IMG/VR virus record: IMGVR_UViG_3300034062_006192
Direction: 5' to 3' (one strand)
Origin: an uncultured virus (IMG/VR IMGVR_UViG_3300034062_006192)
Taxonomy: Duplodnaviria > Heunggongvirae > Uroviricota > Caudoviricetes
Length of the DNA stretch: 20,000 nt
Shown: piece by piece, positions 15,498 to 20,000 of the stretch
Numbering within the stretch: position 1 is the stretch's first letter
Layout: every line of letters begins with the position of its first letter
Translations under genes and position numbers: made by a program
Notes under the pieces: generated by a model
The model's database searches: none
Told to the model about the DNA's origin: nothing
The model's input: the letters and a program-made list of their open reading frames with translations, nothing else

Positions 15498-15791
15498 TCA
15501 GCTGGCCTTGCCGGATTTCTTGGCGGTGGGCTCTGGTGTGAGTCCTTCAGCCAGCAGCGCTTCTCCACCACCGTCTGCTGGCTCGCTGCTGGCAACCTGG
15601 GCCAGCTCATCAAACTCAGTCAGCGCCTCTTCAAGGGCCTTCTCCGCCACGGCCACGTGGTCATGCTCTGGAGGCCGCTCCATGAGGGGCTCGAGAACCG
15701 TGTTCATGACCCATGCCGCTTCGATCGGGCCGACCTGCTTCAGGAAGGCCAGGAAATGCTGGGCGGCGTAGGCGCATTCGTTACGGTTCAT
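15498..15791 (-). CDS. Hypothetical acidic protein
   Basis: Likely start ATG 15791 (MNRNEC); protein-like composition and high GC3. Confidence 0.7.
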   Translation of the reverse strand: MNRNECAYAAQHFLAFLKQVGPIEAAWVMNTVLEPLMERPPEHDHVAVAEKALEEALTEFDELAQVASSEPADGGGEALLAEGLTPEPTAKKSGKAS

Positions 15792-15875
15792 GGATGGCGA
15801 CGGTGGATCGCCCTCATGGTAGGCATGGCCCTGGTTGGCAATGCCAATGCAGGGCCTTGCCATGGGGGCCGCAGC

Positions 15876-16124
15876 TCACGGGCGAAGCGGAGCGGCCATG
15901 GGCTGTGCAGGCCCATTAAACGCCGCCATGTCCCGCACGATCGAGAAAGCCACCAGCGCCGCGACCAGGGCCACACCAGATAGGCAGATGGCAATCAGGC
16001 CGGCATTGCAGCAAGGGGCAGGGGCTGATCGTTGGGGGCGGCGGGCCCGGAACTGGGGATGTAGAACCCGCGCAGGGGGTCGAGAGGCGGGCTTTGGCAG
16101 AACGGGGAGAAGGAGTGTGGGCAT
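15876..16124 (-). CDS. Small membrane protein
   Basis: Basic Pro-rich N-terminus and hydrophobic segment GLIAICLSGVALVAALVAFSIV. Confidence 0.55.
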   Translation of the reverse strand: MPTLLLPVLPKPASRPPARVLHPQFRARRPQRSAPAPCCNAGLIAICLSGVALVAALVAFSIVRDMAAFNGPAQPMAAPLRP

Positions 16125-16220
16125 GTTGAGATCGCTACGTTGTGAGTGCGCAACAACAATACATCAGTTCGGCTGTGGGGGTATGATCCGATCGTCCCCG
16201 GACTGAGCCGACCCGGATCA

Positions 16221-16523
16221 ATGACATCGTTTTCCCGCTTTGCGATCACCACCGCCCTGCTGACGCTCGGCGCCTGCCATGCGGCGCCAGCCCATGCCGG
16301 CGTGGGCACTGCGGCCTGGGCCGCGGCCGGTTCGATCTGCCGGGCCCTAGGCGCCGACCTGAACATTCAGGCAGCCGTGCGCGTGGGCATTGCCGACAAC
16401 GTCTATCTCTGGTCCTCAGAGATGCGCGACCCGTCGTTTCAGCAGCTGATGGTGGCCGAAACCGTCAGGCAATGCCCTGAGCAGCTGATCCGCGCCGTCA
16501 ATCAAGGCCGGACGCAGCCATGA
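16221..16523 (+). CDS. Small exported hypothetical protein
   Basis: ATG 16221; signal peptide ending APAHA; Cys pair in mature part; ATGA overlap with next gene. Confidence 0.7.
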   Translation: MTSFSRFAITTALLTLGACHAAPAHAGVGTAAWAAAGSICRALGADLNIQAAVRVGIADNVYLWSSEMRDPSFQQLMVAETVRQCPEQLIRAVNQGRTQP

Positions 16524-16915
16524 CCCTCGCCCTATCCATCCGCCAGCCATGGGCCAGCTTGATCCTGCTGGCTGGCAAGAACATTGAAAACCGCACATGG
16601 GAGGCAAAAGTGCGAGGGCGGATCTTGATCCATGCGGCTAAAGGTATGACAAAAAGGGAATACATAAAGGCTAGGGCTTTTGCCAGTTTTGCGACTTGCA
16701 TCCTTGACCCAGTCAGACTTGATGATCTTGAGCCAACCCACCTGCCTCGCGGCGGCATCATTGGCAGCGTAAATCTTGTGGATTGCGTTTACCAGTCTGA
16801 TTCGCCATGGTTTCAAGGCCCTTATGGGTTTGTCCTGCAGGATCCAAAGCCGCTGGAGTTTATTCCCTTCAAGGGTCAGCTCGGCTTTTTTGATGTTCCG
16901 GGGGTGCAGCTATGA
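16520..16915 (+). CDS. ASCH domain protein
   Basis: ALSIRQPWASLI..GKNIENRTW, RGRILIHAAK, GGIIGSVNLVDC, KGQLGFF are ASCH signatures. Confidence 0.92.
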   Translation: MTLALSIRQPWASLILLAGKNIENRTWEAKVRGRILIHAAKGMTKREYIKARAFASFATCILDPVRLDDLEPTHLPRGGIIGSVNLVDCVYQSDSPWFQGPYGFVLQDPKPLEFIPFKGQLGFFDVPGVQL

Positions 16916-17346
16916 GCAACGGCAACCTCCGCGCCTTCGCCCGCCTGCTGACCCCGTGGCGCACGATCCGTCGGCTGGAAGACGAATTGAACGCAGCGAA
17001 TAGGCTTTTGGCCGTTTATTGGAGAAATGCAGGGCGCGCCGAAGCTGCCCGCCTCCGTCTTCAGAACTGCCCCACCCACGGCCAGCAACCAACCAACGCC
17101 TGGGGGTGTCCCGAATGCGTGCGCGAGCTGCGGCAGGAGGACGAGCGGCTGCGGAGCGCTATGGCTACAGCCAGGGAGGCCGTCAGGCGCCTGGTGCGTT
17201 GGAACCTTCAGGGCCACGACAGCCAGGTGGTGGAAGGCGTCTACCTCTGGGCCACCCTGGACGGCATGGCCGGTCCGCTGCCGCCGCTGCCGGAACGGTT
17301 GGCAAAGAGGGAGCAGCAGCAGTGTGACCCGGAGGATCGTTGCTGA
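16912..17346 (+). CDS. Hypothetical protein with CxxH/CxxC metal-binding insert in a coiled coil
   Basis: NCPTHG...WGCPECVREL; coupled to both neighbours. Confidence 0.7.
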   Translation: MSNGNLRAFARLLTPWRTIRRLEDELNAANRLLAVYWRNAGRAEAARLRLQNCPTHGQQPTNAWGCPECVRELRQEDERLRSAMATAREAVRRLVRWNLQGHDSQVVEGVYLWATLDGMAGPLPPLPERLAKREQQQCDPEDRC

Positions 17347-17576
17347 TGGCCGCCGCTCGCGTGCTGCTGACCGTTGCGGAAGCTGCCGAGGCCCTCGGGG
17401 TTTCCGATCGCCATATCAAAAGGCTCATCCACGAGGCCGACGCCAACCGCAAATCCCGCTGGCGCTGGGGCCGGGAGCTGATCGACCTGGCGCCCGTGGG
17501 TAGCAGCAGGCGCTGCGTGCGGGTGAATGTTGCGGCGGTGGCGCCGGGGACGGGGCAGCCCTCAGCCTCCCCCTAA
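17346..17576 (+). CDS. Excisionase-like helix-turn-helix protein
   Basis: LLTVAEAAEALGVSDRHIKRLI matches the Xis/HTH_17 pattern; convergent with and overlapping integrase. Confidence 0.8.
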   Translation: MAAARVLLTVAEAAEALGVSDRHIKRLIHEADANRKSRWRWGRELIDLAPVGSSRRCVRVNVAAVAPGTGQPSASP

Positions 17577-18566
17577 CGCCCTCTCCGCCGCCTCTGCCAC
17601 CTGGTGCGGCTGAATGTGAGCGCGGTAGGTCCGGGAGTGCTGGCCTGGGGTGTGACCCATCAGGCGAGCAGCGGTGTAGATGTCAAGCCTGCTGCCGCCC
17701 TCTCGCCATAGCCTCCCGCCGTAGGCGTGGCGCAGGGAGTAAGGCCGCCACGGCAACCCCTGCCGGCGAAGCTCCTTGTGCAACCACTTGCTGACCGCAT
17801 CCGGCCGATCGGCGCTTCCCTCTAGGCGCAACCGCAACCGCCGATCCCGCAACCCGAACCGCTCTACCCACTCACGGGGCAGCGGCACCACCGTGCGGAA
17901 CCCGGTCTTGGTGCCATCCGCCACCTGGCAGAGATTCCGATCGATCAGCGCCGCCCCCTCAATCTCATGAGGCCGCAGGCCGTAGCAAGCCATCATCCCC
18001 CAGTACCACCGCACGGGATCGGGCGCCCCCTCCACCCACGCAATGATCTGCTCGTCGGTGGGCACCGCCACCAACTGGGCCTGGTTGTAGGTGGGCAACG
18101 GCACCTCCGGGAACGGCACCGCCACCAACCTGGCCAGATGCCGCAGAAGGTAGAACAGCTCCTTGTAGCTGCACGTGCTGCGGTCGTAGCGCTCCAGAGC
18201 CTTGGCCATGCTGGCGGTGGTGCAGGCGCTGGCTGGCTGGATCTGCCGCAGTCGCCCCAAATAGTTGATCTCCCACGTGCTTTGCCCCGTGCGGCCGAGC
18301 ACCACCCGAGCCCGGTAGAGCCTGGCAATGGCCTCGCGCCACGTGATCGTCCCTGATGCCTCGTCCAGCCAGTAGGCCCATTCAAAGGTGCCGCTCTCCA
18401 ACTGCTGCTCCAGGGTCTTGAGCTGCTTCGCGGCGGCCCGGCGGTTGATCGGCGTGTCGTCCAGCCGCAGGGCGATGCGGGTCTGCTGCAGCCCTGGAGC
18501 CCCGTCGCGCCGCGGCAGGCTGGCCAGCAGGTAGAGCCGGCCCTTTTGGGCAGTGATCGAGGCCAT
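17562..18566 (-). CDS. Tyrosine recombinase / phage integrase
   Basis: Catalytic motifs YGLRPHE (R), TKTG (K), LRHAYGGR (HxxxxR), MGH, HSRTY (Y); likely start ATG 18566. Confidence 0.93.
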   Translation of the reverse strand: MASITAQKGRLYLLASLPRRDGAPGLQQTRIALRLDDTPINRRAAAKQLKTLEQQLESGTFEWAYWLDEASGTITWREAIARLYRARVVLGRTGQSTWEINYLGRLRQIQPASACTTASMAKALERYDRSTCSYKELFYLLRHLARLVAVPFPEVPLPTYNQAQLVAVPTDEQIIAWVEGAPDPVRWYWGMMACYGLRPHEIEGAALIDRNLCQVADGTKTGFRTVVPLPREWVERFGLRDRRLRLRLEGSADRPDAVSKWLHKELRRQGLPWRPYSLRHAYGGRLWREGGSRLDIYTAARLMGHTPGQHSRTYRAHIQPHQVAEAAERALGGG

Positions 18567-18608
18567 GGGCGGCGAATACGAAACGGACGGGGAGCAGACC
18601 TGCGACCG

Positions 18609-18873
18609 ATGCACGGCCCGTGCATAACGTACGCCTTTCTAGTCCCTTGCTGTCCCTTCCTGTCACCTAAGGCCGTGGCGCCGTGCCGCTCAGATCGCTG
18701 TCAGTGGCTGCGTTTTGACTGCGACGATAGGCCAGAACTGCAAGATACAAATCCTCGTCAATCTCGCGGATGTCGTAGTGCCAAGCCAGTGATAGCAAGG
18801 GGTCTGGGGGCTGGTGCATAATCCGTGCCTGTCCTGAGCCGTGCCCATCGCACTGCAAAACGTGGTACGTTTT
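18609..18873. other. Candidate attachment (att) region
   Basis: Intergenic DNA upstream of integrase with repeated CCGTGC/GTGCATAA motifs on both sides of a central segment flanked by an imperfect inverted repeat. Confidence 0.6.
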
Positions 18874-18974
18874 CAGGGTCAGCAGAAGAGCCCTGAGTGG
18901 CCCTGCTGAAACCGCCTTACAACCCACCCCGCGCAGGCTCTGAGCAGCCGCCGGGATCGTCACAGGACAGACCC

Positions 18975-19463
18975 GTGATCACGATCTGCATCACCGTTCC
19001 CGATCTGAAGACCATCACCCGGGGGCTCTCCTCCGACTGGGGGCCGACGCTCCATGCCGCTGCCCGCCGCCTGGGGGCGGTGGTGGCCCTGATCTACACG
19101 CTGGGTTTTATGGCCGGCGAGCGCTGGCATCAGCTGGTGGCCTGGGCCCAGGAGCACCAGCTCCACGGCCTGGCCACGCTGGGGTTGTCCGGGGGCAACT
19201 TGAAAGCCTTGCTTACAAGTTCAGCTCCAGACCAATTTCCTGGCGCCACGGAAATGGTCATCACCCCCGTGGGGCCGAAACCCGTTGCTACCACTAACGG
19301 CGCCGAACTTATGCCGGCCCCAGATGCCGCTTCGGTCACCACCCCCGCCAACGTCGCCCCGCCTTCGGTCCGGCGTCTCGCCGCTCAGGGGCTAAGCCAG
19401 CGCGAGATTGCAGGCACACTGGGGCTCACCCGCTACCAGGTCCGCAAGACCCTCGCTGCCTGA
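18975..19463 (+). CDS. Hypothetical protein with hydrophobic N-terminal helix and C-terminal HTH
   Basis: C-terminal VRRLAAQGLSQREIAGTLGLTRYQVRK is a helix-turn-helix; likely start GTG 18975 with AGGA upstream. Confidence 0.7.
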   Translation: MITICITVPDLKTITRGLSSDWGPTLHAAARRLGAVVALIYTLGFMAGERWHQLVAWAQEHQLHGLATLGLSGGNLKALLTSSAPDQFPGATEMVITPVGPKPVATTNGAELMPAPDAASVTTPANVAPPSVRRLAAQGLSQREIAGTLGLTRYQVRKTLAA

Positions 19464-19501
19464 GCACCACCACGGCACCCCTCCCCCATCGCACGCTCCC
19501 C

Positions 19502-19852
19502 ATGGTCACCTTCTTTTCCTTCACCAGCACCGGAGGCCGGATCGGTCGCATCCACTGGGTCAACACTGCCCCCTTCAGAGGCGGCACCATCTGGGGCCAG
19601 ATGCAGTGGGACAAGCTCTGGCCTGCGAAGCCTGAGGAGCTGTTCTCTGCACGCATCCGGCGCTACGCCGAAGTTGTTCGGTCGGTTGGCAAGCAGATGA
19701 ACCAAGTCCTGGCGACAATGAAGCAGGCCAAATACGCTTTTGCTGAGTTTGGCCGGGCATACGCTGCCGCCGCCGTCGAGGCTGGGAAGATCGACAGCCC
19801 TTACATCTTCGACTCATCTCTGAAAGAGATAAAGAAACCGCCGCATCGCTGA
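19502..19852 (+). CDS. Hypothetical protein
   Basis: 116-aa ORF co-oriented with the upstream gene; no recognised motif. Confidence 0.55.
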   Translation: MVTFFSFTSTGGRIGRIHWVNTAPFRGGTIWGQMQWDKLWPAKPEELFSARIRRYAEVVRSVGKQMNQVLATMKQAKYAFAEFGRAYAAAAVEAGKIDSPYIFDSSLKEIKKPPHR

Positions 19853-19873
19853 ATATCCGGCACTCTTCCCTAA

Positions 19874-20000
19874 GGAGACACTGGAAAACCCAGCCCACCT
19901 GCGCGAAAATTGGCCTGTGATTGCAGGTATGGACTGGGTTGATGGGCAGCAAGCAGCTTGGCTTCGGAGATTACGAGCAGACCACTGCAAAAAAACGCAC
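19874..20000 (+). mobile_element. IS5-family insertion sequence, left end (truncated by window)
   Basis: CTAA target-like tetramer (19870-19873) followed by terminal-repeat-like GGAGACACTGGAAAACC and a transposase start. Confidence 0.85.
19942..20000 (+). CDS. IS5-family transposase, N-terminus only
   Basis: Not in ORF track. MGSKQLGFGDYEQTTAKKR matches the QLGFxDYExxxxKKxT start of cyanobacterial IS5 transposases. Confidence 0.85.
   Translation, partial: MGSKQLGFGDYEQTTAKKR

Larger units (their letters stand above)
1..19852. mobile_element. Temperate phage / prophage segment (DUF2213-DUF2184 head type, probably long-tailed), extends beyond left edge
   Basis: Co-oriented head, neck, tail-tube and tail-fibre genes plus integrase, excisionase, KilA-N and ASCH genes; no recognisable host housekeeping gene in the window. 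Right boundary uncertain. Confidence 0.93.

Noticed and set aside
18567..18974. tRNA or tmRNA as integration target; ORF 18667..18963
   Set aside because: No T-loop/CCA or cloverleaf pattern found; the ORF runs through the repeat-rich att-like region and only about 13 codons look coding

Overview
The window is almost entirely a temperate-phage genome segment. It is GC-rich with frequent CGATCG, and it carries a picocyanobacterial-type IS5 and integrase, so a Synechococcus/Cyanobium-like host is inferred. The minus strand carries a virion module: a tail-fibre/receptor-binding cluster (11940-15460), two small genes and an 812-aa modular protein (8720-11888), a DUF2213 protease/scaffold, a decoration protein, a DUF2184 major capsid, DUF4054/neck genes and an Ig-tipped tail tube (1283-7481). 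A truncated KilA-N gene lies at the left edge. Small plus-strand islets interrupt the module (592-1085, 7557-8710). At the right are a plus-strand operon (ASCH, Zn-binding protein, excisionase), a convergent tyrosine integrase, an att-like repeat region, two hypothetical genes and the left end of an IS5 element. The most unusual signal is a set of shared motifs in the putative head proteins. These are an R-x-D motif strongly enriched in the DUF2213 scaffold region, a DS(T)LQxRI helix, a small domain present both as a stand-alone gene and at the N-terminus of the 812-aa protein, and a duplicated Cys4 module leading two different cargo domains (ParB/Srx-like and a low-GC basic tail). Together they suggest a protease-processed, capsid-packaged cargo polyprotein system. 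All family assignments come from motif recognition by eye; no searches were run.
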